A DNA stretch of 64,000 nt from contig JAIVJJ010000235.1 in the NCBI GenBank assembly GCA_020200095.1, positions 6,140-70,139 of the forward strand. Reading direction: 5' to 3'. The translations under genes were made by a program, and so were the position numbers. Position 1 is the first letter of the stretch. Each line of letters begins with the position of its first letter. This stretch comes from Acidobacteriota bacterium (lineage in GTDB: Bacteria > Acidobacteriota > Blastocatellia > Pyrinomonadales > Pyrinomonadaceae). Under the pieces are notes generated by a model. The model worked only from the letters and a program-made list of their open reading frames with translations, made no database searches and was not told the origin of the DNA. This document shows positions 36,393-46,485 of this stretch, piece after piece.

Positions 36393-36731
36393 ATGTCATC
36401 GAAACTTTATGTAGGAAATCTTTCCTTCAACACAACAACCCAAGATTTGGAAACAATGTTTGGTGAATCAGGTACAGTCGAATCAACTAATATCATCGAA
36501 GACCGCGACACGGGTCGTTCACGCGGATTTGGATTTGTCGAAATGTCAAGTAAAGAGGAAGCGCAAAACGCTATTTCAGCACTCAACGGCAAAGAAATTG
36601 ACGGTCGCAGTCTGACCGTGAATGAAGCCAAACCCCGCGAAGATCGCGGCGGCAGCGGTGGTGGTAATCGTGGCGGCGGTGGTTACGGCGGCGGAAATCG
36701 CGGCGGCGGCGGCGGTGGTTCACGCTGGTAA
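36393..36731 (+). CDS. RRM-type RNA-binding protein with Gly-rich tail
   Basis: RNP2 LYVGNL and RNP1 RGFGFVEM. C-terminal GGGNRGGGGYGGG repeats. Confidence 0.92.
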   Translation: MSSKLYVGNLSFNTTTQDLETMFGESGTVESTNIIEDRDTGRSRGFGFVEMSSKEEAQNAISALNGKEIDGRSLTVNEAKPREDRGGSGGGNRGGGGYGGGNRGGGGGGSRW

Positions 36732-36766
36732 AAACCAAACGCTTTATTAACAGCGATTTTTAATAG

Positions 36767-36810
36767 GTGTCTCCGGTTTATATTTTAACCGGAGACACTA
36801 TTTATTTTTA
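36767..36810 (+). terminator. intrinsic terminator
   Basis: GTGTCTCCGGTT (36767-36778) pairs with AACCGGAGACAC (36787-36798), then TATTTATTTTT. Confidence 0.8.
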
Positions 36811-36877
36811 GGCAATATCTGTTGTCAAATTTGGTCAATCCGATTCGGACAACAATTAAAAGAAAAGGGTTTTTATA

Positions 36878-37096
36878 ATGAAAGAAGATTTAATTGAAGT
36901 AGCCGGTCTTATTATTGACAAACAGCGTGACGCTTGTTTTAAGGTGCAGATAAATAACACCGAACATATCGTGATGGCGCAAATCTCGGGTAGAATGCGT
37001 AGAAATCGAATTCGAATTTTGATTGGCGACCGGGTTGATGTTGAAATGTCGCCTTACGATTTAACAAAAGGAAGAATCACATATCGTCACAAATAA
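36878..37096 (+). CDS. infA: translation initiation factor IF-1
   Basis: 72 aa. [43 protein letters not shown] is the canonical IF-1 S1 fold. Confidence 0.95.
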   Translation: MKEDLIEVAGLIIDKQRDACFKVQINNTEHIVMAQISGRMRRNRIRILIGDRVDVEMSPYDLTKGRITYRHK

Positions 37097-37199
37097 AAGG
37101 TAATTCGCACCTAGTCGGCAAGTAAAAAGTCGAACTAATTGCATATATTGTTTATTTCCTTTCAAAAAGAGAGTTTTCATTTTAGACAGACTTTTATGG

Positions 37200-37233
37200 A
37201 AAAAGAAAAAGACTAGCTGATTATTAGCTAGTC
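37200..37233 (-). terminator. putative intrinsic terminator
   Basis: GACTAGCT / AGCTAGTC 8-bp stem (37211-37233), followed on the minus strand by UUUUUCUUUUU. Confidence 0.6.
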
Positions 37234-37265
37234 CTCTTCCAACTTTCAATTTTTAATAATATTTA

Positions 37266-37712
37266 CTAATATCCACGGCGATTGCGGATAATGCGTGTTG
37301 AACGCCTGTATCGGTTGTAACCTTCTCTGTAACCTTGAATAAATCCGGTGCGGTAAGCCTGTCTCTCACGTTGATTGTTTTCGCCGCCAGCTCTTCGGTA
37401 TTCACTTTCCGCTTGAGCATTTGCACGGCGTCTGGCGCGAGCATCTTCAGCGCCTTCGCGTAAGCCGTCTTCGTAACCATCTTGCCGCGCGTCACGTCTG
37501 TCCTCACGACGTTCCTGTCTATTTTCTCTCCGGTCTTGACGACGCTCCTGCCGCATCATTTGTGCATTGACGTCTATGTCTTGTAAAAGCATAAAGCCAA
37601 AAAGCAAAGCTAAACCTATTCCAAATCCTTTAATTGTGCGTTTTGTTGATTCATTTGTATTCATAATAACTTCTACAATAGCAATAAGCGTGCCTTTCAA
37701 TAAATTATTCAA
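37266..37712 (-). CDS. small secreted/membrane-anchored protein with R/D/E/Q-rich repeats
   Basis: Hydrophobic GFGIGLALLFGFMLL segment, then RRQDRRENRQERREDRRDARQDGYEDG charged repeats. Start may be the internal MNTNES (37664). Preferred over the overlapping 37253..37507 ORF. Confidence 0.45.
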   Translation of the reverse strand: MNNLLKGTLIAIVEVIMNTNESTKRTIKGFGIGLALLFGFMLLQDIDVNAQMMRQERRQDRRENRQERREDRRDARQDGYEDGLREGAEDARARRRANAQAESEYRRAGGENNQRERQAYRTGFIQGYREGYNRYRRSTRIIRNRRGY

Positions 37713-37823
37713 TCTTGATTGGCTTTATCAGCCGATTGTTTTCCATAAATTCGTTTTAAGGATTAAATTTAAGTAAATTTTGTGTAACCGACAAAGTTGT
37801 AAACTTCCTTCAAGGAAAAAATT

Positions 37824-38297
37824 ATGAGTATGGAAATTGAAAAAAAGTTTTTGCTGCGTAATCTCCCGACCGGAATTACAAAAGGAACTAAAATTCTGCA
37901 AGGCTATCTGAGCGTCGATGATCCTGAGGTGCGCGTCAGGGCAAAAGGCGAGAAGTTTTTTCTGACCAGAAAAGACGGCGAAGGCTTCGTTCGTGAAGAG
38001 GAAGAATGTGAAATTTCAAGGGAAACGTTTGAAATTCTTTGGTCGCTGACGGAAAATGCCAGAATTGAAAAAACGCGCTATGAAATCTTCGGCGAAGACG
38101 GATTATTATGGGAAATTGATGAATTTCAAACCCGTTCAAACGAAGGATTATTTTTAGCTGAAGTAGAATTACCGGATGAATCAGTCGTTCCTGAAATTCC
38201 GCCCGCGATTGCCGAAGTAATTGACAGCGATGTGACCACTGATAGAATGTACAAAAACAAAAACTTGGCAATTAGCGGAATGTTAGTTAGAAAATAA
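37824..38297 (+). CDS. CYTH domain protein (triphosphate tunnel metalloenzyme)
   Basis: N-terminal EIEKKFLL (ExExK) motif. 157 aa. Followed by a CHAD gene, as is typical. Confidence 0.85.
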   Translation: MSMEIEKKFLLRNLPTGITKGTKILQGYLSVDDPEVRVRAKGEKFFLTRKDGEGFVREEEECEISRETFEILWSLTENARIEKTRYEIFGEDGLLWEIDEFQTRSNEGLFLAEVELPDESVVPEIPPAIAEVIDSDVTTDRMYKNKNLAISGMLVRK

Positions 38298-38449
38298 CGA
38301 ATCCTAATTTAGTATTTTAACTGAATTAGCTACAAATAAACCCAAGCGGATGAAAAATGGTTTGCCCGTTATCTCCAAACTTGCCTATAATATCGGCAGA
38401 AACTTAAACTTTATGTGGGCAATGCGAATGATGGTTTCAAATTTTAATT

Positions 38450-39395
38450 ATGGCGAAAGCGAAGGAAATAACCGGACTTGATTGCGCGGCAAGCGCTATG
38501 GAATGGGCGGCGGAAGTTTTGCGCGTGCGTTTTGATGAAGTCGTGAATCTGCGCGACTCGGCGCTTGATTTTTCAGACATCGAAGGCGTTCACAGTATGC
38601 GCGTGGCGACACGGCGTCTGCGAAGCGCGCTGCGTGATTTTACTCCGCTAATGGATAAACGACCCGCCAAAACGAGTGAGAAAAGAATTAAAACAACTTG
38701 CCGACGCGCTTGGCGCAGTCCGCGACCAGGATGTAGCGATTGTCGCGCTTGAAGAGTTGCAAGCCCAAACGGAGACTGAACCGATTAAAGAAGGTGTTGG
38801 AAAATTGCTTGAAGAACGCAGCGACTTGCGCGAGACTGCTCGATTGGATTTGACGCAAGCCCTCGCCGTCAGCAATCTCAACGATTTGCAGCAACGATTC
38901 GCGGCAGCAATTGATAAAGTGGCGAGACCAAAGAAATCAAAGCGAGTTGTTAGTTTCAACGAAGCCGGACGCGATGTGGTTGCCGACAGTTTACAGGATT
39001 TACTCGATTTGGGCGCGAGTCTTTATGAGCCGTTCAGAACGAAAGAGTTACATGAGATGCGCATCGCCGCCAAACGTCTGCGCTATGCGGTTGAACTTTT
39101 CACGGCTTGCTGGGGCGAGCGTATTGCGCCGTTTGCCGAAGAAATCGCCGATATGCAGGGTTTTTTGGGCGAAGTCCACGACTGCGATGTTTGGATTGAA
39201 AGTATGGGTAAACGTCTGCAGCGCGGGCAAGGAAACGCAGCGACAAACGGAAGCGATTATCAAACCGCCTCTTGGCTTCTGTCTGAATTCGTCAAAAAAC
39301 GAACCAAAGAATACCGCTCCGCACTCAAACTCTGGAGCGAATGGGAAGCAAACCATTTCGCCGAAAGAATGCGCACAATGATTCAGGCTGCGTAA
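38450..39395 (+). pseudogene. CHAD domain protein interrupted by a +1 frameshift
   Basis: Track ORFs 38450..38752 and 38676..39395 are consecutive CHAD segments (VHSMRVATRRLRSALRDF then KELKQLADALGAVRDQDV) in different frames. The switch must fall within about 38652-38676. Confidence 0.7.
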
Positions 39396-39472
39396 GAATC
39401 ATTTTCAGTTTCAACTGGAAGTTTGAGTTCGACAACAACATTACAATAGTTTTCGAACACTATGTTTATTTC

Positions 39473-40366
39473 TCAACAATTGAGAAATTTATTGTTCGTA
39501 TCAAGCGCCTCGCGGATTCCATCGGCAAACAAAAACCACGCCAGCATCGTCAATGCAAGAAGAATTGAAGGAAAAACAGTTAAGTGCCACGCTGTGCGAA
39601 TATAAGCTTGATACATTCCGACCATTTGTCCCCAAGAAGCTTGCGGCGCGGGAATTCCAAGACCTAAAAAACTCAAACCCGCTTCGGCAAACATCGCGCC
39701 GGGAATTCCCAGAGCTACCGAAACAATAATCGGAGTCATCACATTTCTTAAAATATGTTTTTTGATGATATACCAATTTCCCGCGCCCATTGCGCGAGAG
39801 GCGCGAATGAAATCAGTTTTTTTGAGCGAAAGAACTTGCCCGCGAACCAAACGCGCAATTCCAATCCAGCCCGTTAAAGTCATTGCAAGAATCAAGTTCC
39901 AGAAGCCCGCGCCGAGCGCAATCATTAAAAGAATGTAAAAAAGAATAGTCGGAAGTGATGAAAGCACGTCAATGACGCGCATGATGACGTAATCAAACCA
40001 ACCGCCTTTTAAGCCTGCTATCGCGCCTATCGGAATGCCGACCAGAGCGATTGCCAGTTGGCTAAGAACGCCGATGCTGATTGAAATTCGCGCGCCGTAA
40101 AGCAGCCGCGAAAGCACGTCGCGTCCCAAATCATCAGTGCCGAGCCAATGAAGGCGATTTGGCGTTTCCCAGGTTGCCAGAAAATCGCCTTTGTAAGGAT
40201 TATACGGCGCAATATATGGCGCAGCGACGGTAAAGATTATTTGAAGAATAATAAAAAAAAGGGCGATTACCGCGAGCTTGTTGCGAGCAAAACGCCGCCA
40301 CAAAAGCCGCAGATTGTTTGATTTCGGCATGACGGAAACTTTATTTATCGATGCAGCATTTATCAC
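39473..40366 (-). CDS. peptide ABC transporter permease (DppC/OppC-like)
   Basis: Multi-TM protein. EAA-type loop region ...FIRASRAMGAGNWYIIKKHILRN. Confidence 0.9.
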   Translation of the reverse strand: MINAASINKVSVMPKSNNLRLLWRRFARNKLAVIALFFIILQIIFTVAAPYIAPYNPYKGDFLATWETPNRLHWLGTDDLGRDVLSRLLYGARISISIGVLSQLAIALVGIPIGAIAGLKGGWFDYVIMRVIDVLSSLPTILFYILLMIALGAGFWNLILAMTLTGWIGIARLVRGQVLSLKKTDFIRASRAMGAGNWYIIKKHILRNVMTPIIVSVALGIPGAMFAEAGLSFLGLGIPAPQASWGQMVGMYQAYIRTAWHLTVFPSILLALTMLAWFLFADGIREALDTNNKFLNC

Positions 40367-40394
40367 AATTTCACAATTTTAAAAGAGAATTTTC

Positions 40395-41336
40395 TTATTC
40401 TTCCTTCAGCAAAGTTACACGCGGGTCAGCCAGCGCGTAAAGTAAATCCGTTACCAAATACGCCAAACTGATTATCAGCGTCCAGACGAGCGTTGTTGCC
40501 ATAATCATCGGGTAATCGCGGCTGCCGATTGCCGAAACGAAATAAAAACCGATGCCCGGAATGCGAAAAATGCTTTCGACGAAAAACGAACCGACGATTA
40601 AACCCGCCGCGAGCGGTCCGCCCACCGTGAGAAGCGGTGTAAGCGCGTTTTTGAAAACGTGGACGAACATAATCCGCTTCCTGCTCAAACCTTTGGCGCG
40701 AGCGGTACGAACGTAATTCGCTTTCATTGCGTCCGTCATACTTGCCCGCGTATAACGCTGCAAAACTAAAACGGGAGCGAGCGAATTTGCCAAAACAGGC
40801 ATTATCCAGTGGCGCGGACTGCTCCAACCTCCCGTCGGCAGCCATCCGAGCCAGACCGAGAAAATGACCTGCAAAAGAATGGCGAAAACAAAGCTCGGTA
40901 TCACCAGACAGAAAATAGAAACGCCCGTTCCAAAATAATCGAGTAATGAATTTGGTTTTATTGCCGAAAAAATTCCGAGTCCGGCGCCGACAATAAGCGA
41001 AAAAATAAAAGTTAAAAGTCCGAGCTGTAAGGAATACGACCACTGTTCTCTGAAAATTCCGATGACGGTTCGATTCGGATAAGCCATCGAATATCCGAAA
41101 TCAAGCGAAACGGCGTTTCGGACAAAAAGCGCATACTGCTTCCAAACGGGTTCGTCCAATCCGTATTTTTCGTTTAGCTGACGTTTGATATTTTCAGGCA
41201 CCATCTGCTGTTTTTCGAGAGCGCGAGCATCAAACGGTCCGCCCGGAACTGTGTGCATCAGCGCGAAAGTGATAATCGAAACAACGAATAAAACACCTAG
41301 AAGTCCGGCTGTTCTGGTTATAATGTAACGAATCAT
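40395..41336 (-). CDS. peptide ABC transporter permease (DppB/OppB-like)
   Basis: MIRYIITRTAGLLGVLFVVSIITFALMH N-terminus and YVRTARAKGLSRKRIMFVHVFKNAL EAA loop. Confidence 0.9.
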   Translation of the reverse strand: MIRYIITRTAGLLGVLFVVSIITFALMHTVPGGPFDARALEKQQMVPENIKRQLNEKYGLDEPVWKQYALFVRNAVSLDFGYSMAYPNRTVIGIFREQWSYSLQLGLLTFIFSLIVGAGLGIFSAIKPNSLLDYFGTGVSIFCLVIPSFVFAILLQVIFSVWLGWLPTGGWSSPRHWIMPVLANSLAPVLVLQRYTRASMTDAMKANYVRTARAKGLSRKRIMFVHVFKNALTPLLTVGGPLAAGLIVGSFFVESIFRIPGIGFYFVSAIGSRDYPMIMATTLVWTLIISLAYLVTDLLYALADPRVTLLKEE

Positions 41337-41356
41337 AAACTTATCGAGTAATTGCT

Positions 41357-42349
41357 TTATACAAAATGACAGGCGGTTTGATGATTTTCCTCAATTATCC
41401 GCAGTTGCGGTTCTTCAGACGCGCAAATCTCCTGTGCAATAGGACAGCGATGACGAAATACACAGCCAGTCGGACGTTGCGCAATTTCTTCAATGTCACC
41501 TTTTACCACAATCTCCATATTAACTTTTGATGGGTCGGGTTCGGGAATTGCCGCAAGTAATGCCTGCGTGTAAGGATGTCGCGGCGTGTTGACAATGCGC
41601 GAACTATCGCCGATTTCAACTAAACGCCCTAAATACATCACGCCGATGCGCCTGCTCATAAATGCGGTAATCGCAATATTGTGCGAGATAAAGAGGTATG
41701 AAAGACCGAATTCGTCCTGCAAATCGCGCAAAAGATTTAATATCTGCGCCTGCACCGAAACGTCCAGAGCCGAAACCAGTTCGTCGCAAATTAAAAGTTT
41801 TGGGCGCAAGACGAGAGCGCGGGCAATGCCGATGCGCTGCTGTTGACCACCGGAAAATTCGCCGGGAAAACGGTGCATATCTTCGGCTGACAAACCGACA
41901 CGCTCTAGAAGTCGCGCAACTTCTGCAACTCTTTCAGCTTTTGTGCCGACGTTATGAATTTCGAGCGGTTCGCAGATGATTTGTTCAACTGTAAGGCGCA
42001 AATCGAGCGAAGCAAACGGGTCTTGAAAAACCATCTGCATTTGTTTTCTGACTGGCTTTAACGATTTTTCGTCGAGATGTGTAATATCTTCTCCGGCAAA
42101 AAAAATACGTCCGTCATCCGGCTCGTAAAGCCTCATAATCGTTAAAGCGAAAGTCGACTTGCCGCAGCCCGATTCGCCTACCAAGCCTAATGTTTCGCCT
42201 CCCGATAAAGATAAATTTACACGGTCAAGAGCAATGTTTTTGAGTTTGCTGTTGCTGAAAAATCCGCTTCGCACTGCAAAACTTTTAGTCAAATCGGTTA
42301 TTTCCAGAAGTGTTTCAGCCATCGTTAAACACTCCTTGATGGGCGACAA
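41357..42349 (-). CDS. peptide ABC transporter ATP-binding protein (OppF/DppF-like)
   Basis: Walker A GESGCGKST, signature FSGGQQQR, Walker B LLICDE, C-terminal oligopeptide-type extension. Start may be the internal MAETLL (42322). Confidence 0.9.
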   Translation of the reverse strand: MSPIKECLTMAETLLEITDLTKSFAVRSGFFSNSKLKNIALDRVNLSLSGGETLGLVGESGCGKSTFALTIMRLYEPDDGRIFFAGEDITHLDEKSLKPVRKQMQMVFQDPFASLDLRLTVEQIICEPLEIHNVGTKAERVAEVARLLERVGLSAEDMHRFPGEFSGGQQQRIGIARALVLRPKLLICDELVSALDVSVQAQILNLLRDLQDEFGLSYLFISHNIAITAFMSRRIGVMYLGRLVEIGDSSRIVNTPRHPYTQALLAAIPEPDPSKVNMEIVVKGDIEEIAQRPTGCVFRHRCPIAQEICASEEPQLRIIEENHQTACHFV

Positions 42350-43313
42350 AACAAGCGACAGATTGGTTGAAATGAATTTTGGCTAAAGGCGGACGCTTTT
42401 CTGCACAAACTGCTATGCGAAATGAACAGCGCGGATAGAATGAACAAGCGTTTTCCTCGCCGAGAAAACGCGGCGGCGCGCCTTCAATGGTTTTTAATCT
42501 TTTCGATTGTTCATCCAATCGGGGAATCGAGGCAATCAGAGCTTGCGTATAAGGATGTTGCGGGCGATTAAAAATTTCCCGAACCGAAGCGTTTTCGACA
42601 ATTCTTCCGGCATACATTACGGCAACGCGGTCGGCAATTTGGGCAACAACGCCTAAATCGTGTGTGATAATTATGATTGACATTCCGAATTCTTTTTTGA
42701 ACTTGCGTAAAAGGCTAAGAATTTGCGCCTGAATCGTCACGTCTAACGCAGTCGTCGGTTCGTCGGCAATCAATAACTTCGGCTGACAGGCAATCGCCAT
42801 CGCAATCATTACGCGCTGCCGCATTCCGCCGGAAAATTCGTGCGGGTAATCATTAAACCGCCCGCGCGCATTGACAATTCCAACGCTCTGTAAAAGATGA
42901 ATTCCCCGTTCTTTAGCTTCTTTAAAAGATAATCCGCGATGAACACGCAGTGTTTCCATAATCTGATACCCAACGGATAAAACCGGATTGAGCGAAGTCA
43001 TCGGGTCTTGAAAAATCATCGAAATGCGATTGCCCAAAATGTCTTCGAGCTTTTTGTCGGAAAGCGTTAATAAATCAGTTTCTTTATCTTCGTCGCGGAA
43101 AATTGCTTTCCCGTTTGTAATCTCGCCCGGCGTTTCAATCAATCGCATAATCGAAAGCGCCGTCACGCTTTTCCCGCAGCCCGATTCGCCGACGATACCC
43201 AAAACTTCGCCTTCATCAATTGAAAAAGACACGCCGTTCACAGCGCGAATAATGTTTTTTTCTAATTTGAATTGCGTTTGAAGATTTGAAACTTCAAGCA
43301 AAATCTTGGACAT
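42315..43313 (-). CDS. peptide ABC transporter ATP-binding protein (OppD/DppD-like)
   Basis: Walker A GESGCGKS, signature FSGGMRQR, Walker B LLIADEPTTALD. Confidence 0.9.
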   Translation of the reverse strand: MSKILLEVSNLQTQFKLEKNIIRAVNGVSFSIDEGEVLGIVGESGCGKSVTALSIMRLIETPGEITNGKAIFRDEDKETDLLTLSDKKLEDILGNRISMIFQDPMTSLNPVLSVGYQIMETLRVHRGLSFKEAKERGIHLLQSVGIVNARGRFNDYPHEFSGGMRQRVMIAMAIACQPKLLIADEPTTALDVTIQAQILSLLRKFKKEFGMSIIIITHDLGVVAQIADRVAVMYAGRIVENASVREIFNRPQHPYTQALIASIPRLDEQSKRLKTIEGAPPRFLGEENACSFYPRCSFRIAVCAEKRPPLAKIHFNQSVACFVAHQGVFNDG

Positions 43314-43406
43314 AGAAATATAGTCAGCTATTAATCTAAAAATGAGTTAATTAGCAATCTAAGCTATCTTAATTTTTTACAAACCAGTAACTGAGGGAAA
43401 TAAATA

Positions 43407-45146
43407 TTAACCAGACGTCCGCCAATGGTCAACATCATTGCGGATATACATCTGGAAACGTGAAATATCGAGATACCGGAAAACCGTGTTGCCGTTTTTA
43501 TCAGGCTCGAATCCGGTTAAATACGGATACCAAACTTGATGGGTTACCATATGCGCTAAAAAAATTCCGCCGACATCTTCGACTAAAGTGCGCTCTGCCT
43601 GTTGATAAAGATTTATTCTGTTTTGTTCGTCAATTTCGCGCCCAGCCAGCCCGACCAATTCATCAAATTTTGCGTTGCGCCAAGCGTGTCGCGGCGAACC
43701 GTTCTCACCGGTGCTGCGCCAAAGTCTGGTCAGCATATTTGCCGGGTCGAGAAAATCGTATTCGTATTGACCGCGATAAATCGGCATTGCGTGCTGCGAC
43801 CGCCGCGCGCCCCAAACCGCCGTTTCCACGATTTGCAAATTCACGCTTATATCGAGGTAACGCTCCCACTGGTCTTTGACATATTCGAGCGCGACATCGC
43901 GCCCGTTGGAAAACATATCCAACACAAGCTGGTTTCCGCTCGCGTCTTTGCCGTTCGGAAAACCCGCTTCGGCTAACAATGCTTTCGCTTTTTCGACGTT
44001 AAAATCCTGTACCGATTTTAATTCCGGGTTATGCGCCGGAAAATCAGGCGGCAGCATTGAAAACGCCGGAATGCGCGTTCCGAGCATCACTTTACTGCAA
44101 AACGGCTCGCGGTAAATCGCGTTTGAAAGCGCCTGTCGAAGTTTCAAATTATCAAAAGGCGGGCGCAAACAATCGAGCGACAAATATTCGGTCTGAAAAT
44201 TGTTAAACGTATGCAAATATTGTATCAACTCATTATCGTTGACGACCTGCGCCAGTTCCTGCGGCTGCAAAATGCCGATGTAATCAATTTCTTTGTTCAG
44301 CCACGAATTAAACCAGCCGATTGCGGGCGCGCCGACAAGTTGAATCAGCTTTTGAATACCGACTTTATGCGGTCCGTTATAAAATGGATTCGCGTCCCAT
44401 TCAAGCTGCTGGTTATATTGCCAACTCAAAAGCCGCATCGGTCCCGAAGATACGAAACCTTCAACCGTATCCGCCCAATGTTCCGGGTTATTTTCCGCCT
44501 TGTGTTTCGGCGCGGGAACAGCAGCTTGATAAGCCATCAGCGCGGGCAGATGCAGTATTGCGCCGCCTTCGCCCCAAATTCTGACGGTTCTCTCGTCAAT
44601 TGCTTCAACGCCGACATCTTCCGGTCGTCCTTTGCCTTCTTTTAACGCTTGAATTCCTTTGATGTCGTAATAAAACCACGTCCAGGGATTATCAAGATTC
44701 GGCGAAGCCAGATGACGAAAAGTAAAAACCCAATCATCCGCCGTAATCGGCACGCCGTCGCTCCACCGCGCGTCTTTGCGAATTGTAAAATCCCAGTAAT
44801 CAGCCCGCTCGCCCATCTGAAATGATTCAGCCATTGCCGGAACGAGATTTTGATTTTGGTCACGCCGCAAAAGCGGTTCACCGCCCCAATTTATCGCCAC
44901 GCCCGCGCCGTATATATCGCGCGAAATATCGAGATGCCTGGGTTCAGCGGCAGGCTCAAATAAAATTTGCTTTTCCAGCGGCGCGGCATCCGAAGGAAGC
45001 GTTCGACCTTGCGGCGTAATAACCGGCTCGCGCGAATTTATAATAACCGAATGATTTTCCGGCGCACTGCGACAGTTAAGCAAAGCACTTCCAAAAATCA
45101 TAGAACCGGTAAGACTGAACAGTTCGCGGCGCGTGATTTTACTCAT
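43407..45146 (-). CDS. ABC transporter substrate-binding protein, family 5 (peptide/nickel)
   Basis: 579 aa. Twin-arginine-like signal SKITRRELFSL. Position at the head of the opp/dpp-like operon. Confidence 0.85.
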   Translation of the reverse strand: MSKITRRELFSLTGSMIFGSALLNCRSAPENHSVIINSREPVITPQGRTLPSDAAPLEKQILFEPAAEPRHLDISRDIYGAGVAINWGGEPLLRRDQNQNLVPAMAESFQMGERADYWDFTIRKDARWSDGVPITADDWVFTFRHLASPNLDNPWTWFYYDIKGIQALKEGKGRPEDVGVEAIDERTVRIWGEGGAILHLPALMAYQAAVPAPKHKAENNPEHWADTVEGFVSSGPMRLLSWQYNQQLEWDANPFYNGPHKVGIQKLIQLVGAPAIGWFNSWLNKEIDYIGILQPQELAQVVNDNELIQYLHTFNNFQTEYLSLDCLRPPFDNLKLRQALSNAIYREPFCSKVMLGTRIPAFSMLPPDFPAHNPELKSVQDFNVEKAKALLAEAGFPNGKDASGNQLVLDMFSNGRDVALEYVKDQWERYLDISVNLQIVETAVWGARRSQHAMPIYRGQYEYDFLDPANMLTRLWRSTGENGSPRHAWRNAKFDELVGLAGREIDEQNRINLYQQAERTLVEDVGGIFLAHMVTHQVWYPYLTGFEPDKNGNTVFRYLDISRFQMYIRNDVDHWRTSG

Positions 45147-45384
45147 TTAACAGGCAATTTTTAACAAAAATGAAATGGGGAATTAGCAAATTATTATTTT
45201 ATCATATAAATTATCGATAATTATCAATGAGTCTCTCCAGCATTTATCGGCACAATAATCATCAGTATAAACAAGAAGCGAAATGTCAATTAATTCTTCA
45301 TAAATATCTCTTATGAAAGTTGAAGAGTTCTTAGCAACACAAATTAGGACACTGCCGAAAAAAATTCGGCTCGCCACTGGAAAA

Positions 45385-46191
45385 CTATTGCGGCGGAAAG
45401 CGCGGCAGTTCGCTTTGCTGAGTTTCGCGCATGACATTGATTGCATACGGCACACCGAAAAACAAAATCGTTCCCGCCGCAACGAGCAGAAAAAATACGA
45501 AAAGACAGCCGAAGAATTTACCGAATCGCCTTTTCGGAATGGCGTTTGAACCGGGATTGATAGATTGCGGCGACTTATGTGGAACATTGACATCTAAACC
45601 ACTTCTTTGCGGCGATTTCGGCATCGGAACATTAACAGGTGTTCGCGCAATCGGCGGGTAAACTTTTGGCAATGACTGTTTCGGCAAAGTTTGAGGAGGT
45701 TGCGGCTTTGGGTGAGTTTGCGACGGCCGTTGCGGCGGCTGAGATTGACGGGTTTGGCTCGGGGAGTGGGTTTTTGGTGGTTGAATTTTAGAATTCTGCT
45801 GACTCGGCGGCGGCGCGTTTGTCGGCAAAAACGACGGAGCGGAATTACTCTGCTTTTTCTCCCTTTCTTCTATTTCAGCTTCAGTTATAACGCCAAGTGC
45901 TAACGCCCAAGAATCAACTGCCCAATAAGACGCTTCTTTGGTCAGACCTAGATTATCTTCAAGTCGTCTTGCAAGTCTCGTTAAAAGCAACTCGCGCGGC
46001 ATCGAATTTCCCGCCGCCAGCAAATCCAACGGAATACGCTCGTCAATCGCGTTCGTTAAAACGTTAATTTCACGACGATATTCGCCGCACAAATCCTTTA
46101 ACAATCCTTCGCAGCGCCGTGCATTGCCGCACAAGTCATTTCCGTATTTTGCAAGAATTCGACGGAGCGTTTGTCTCGGCACCTTGTTCAT
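45385..46191 (-). CDS. tail-anchored proline-rich membrane protein carrying the unassigned helical domain
   Basis: N-terminal ~98 aa are paralogous to the 33215..33607 product. A P/Q/S-rich linker of about 120 aa, then one C-terminal TM (FFGCLFVFFLLVAAGTILFFGV). ATG at 46191 is preferred over 46227. Confidence 0.6.
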   Translation of the reverse strand: MNKVPRQTLRRILAKYGNDLCGNARRCEGLLKDLCGEYRREINVLTNAIDERIPLDLLAAGNSMPRELLLTRLARRLEDNLGLTKEASYWAVDSWALALGVITEAEIEEREKKQSNSAPSFLPTNAPPPSQQNSKIQPPKTHSPSQTRQSQPPQRPSQTHPKPQPPQTLPKQSLPKVYPPIARTPVNVPMPKSPQRSGLDVNVPHKSPQSINPGSNAIPKRRFGKFFGCLFVFFLLVAAGTILFFGVPYAINVMRETQQSELPRFPPQ

Positions 46192-46485
46192 AAATATTTT
46201 AGCTTTGTAAAAGCCAGTTGTCCACAAACAATTCTAGCAAAGTTTGAGCAGCAGAAAAGTTTAGCCGAGCGTTATTACTTGTAACAAAGCTAACAGAATT
46301 TAGTTCACTTTGGGCGGCAATGTTCGATGCCCAAGGCGAGTCGAAGAAAAACATTTCTCAAGCCGACAAAGTTTATATGAATGCCGAAGGCTGCAAACTA
46401 TGGCGCGCAACACTCTTTCCTAAAACAAAATTGAGTTTGAAAAGCTCTTTTCACTAAGCTTTTTCAAAATCGGCAATTACCTTTG

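Noticed and set aside
37253-37507. 84-aa ORF overlapping the Arg/Asp/Glu-repeat protein gene in another frame.
   Set aside because: The longer frame has a signal or anchor segment and a coherent repeat structure. The shorter one has neither, but the frame choice remains moderately uncertain.
40426-41043. 205-aa minus-strand ORF in an alternative frame of the DppB-like permease gene.
   Set aside because: It is an Arg/Phe-rich frame-shadow of a well-supported permease ORF.
45183-45593. 136-aa minus-strand ORF overlapping the 3' end of the proline-rich tail-anchored protein gene.
   Set aside because: It overlaps the frame that encodes a clean C-terminal TM helix. It extends into an A/T-rich spacer and has odd composition.
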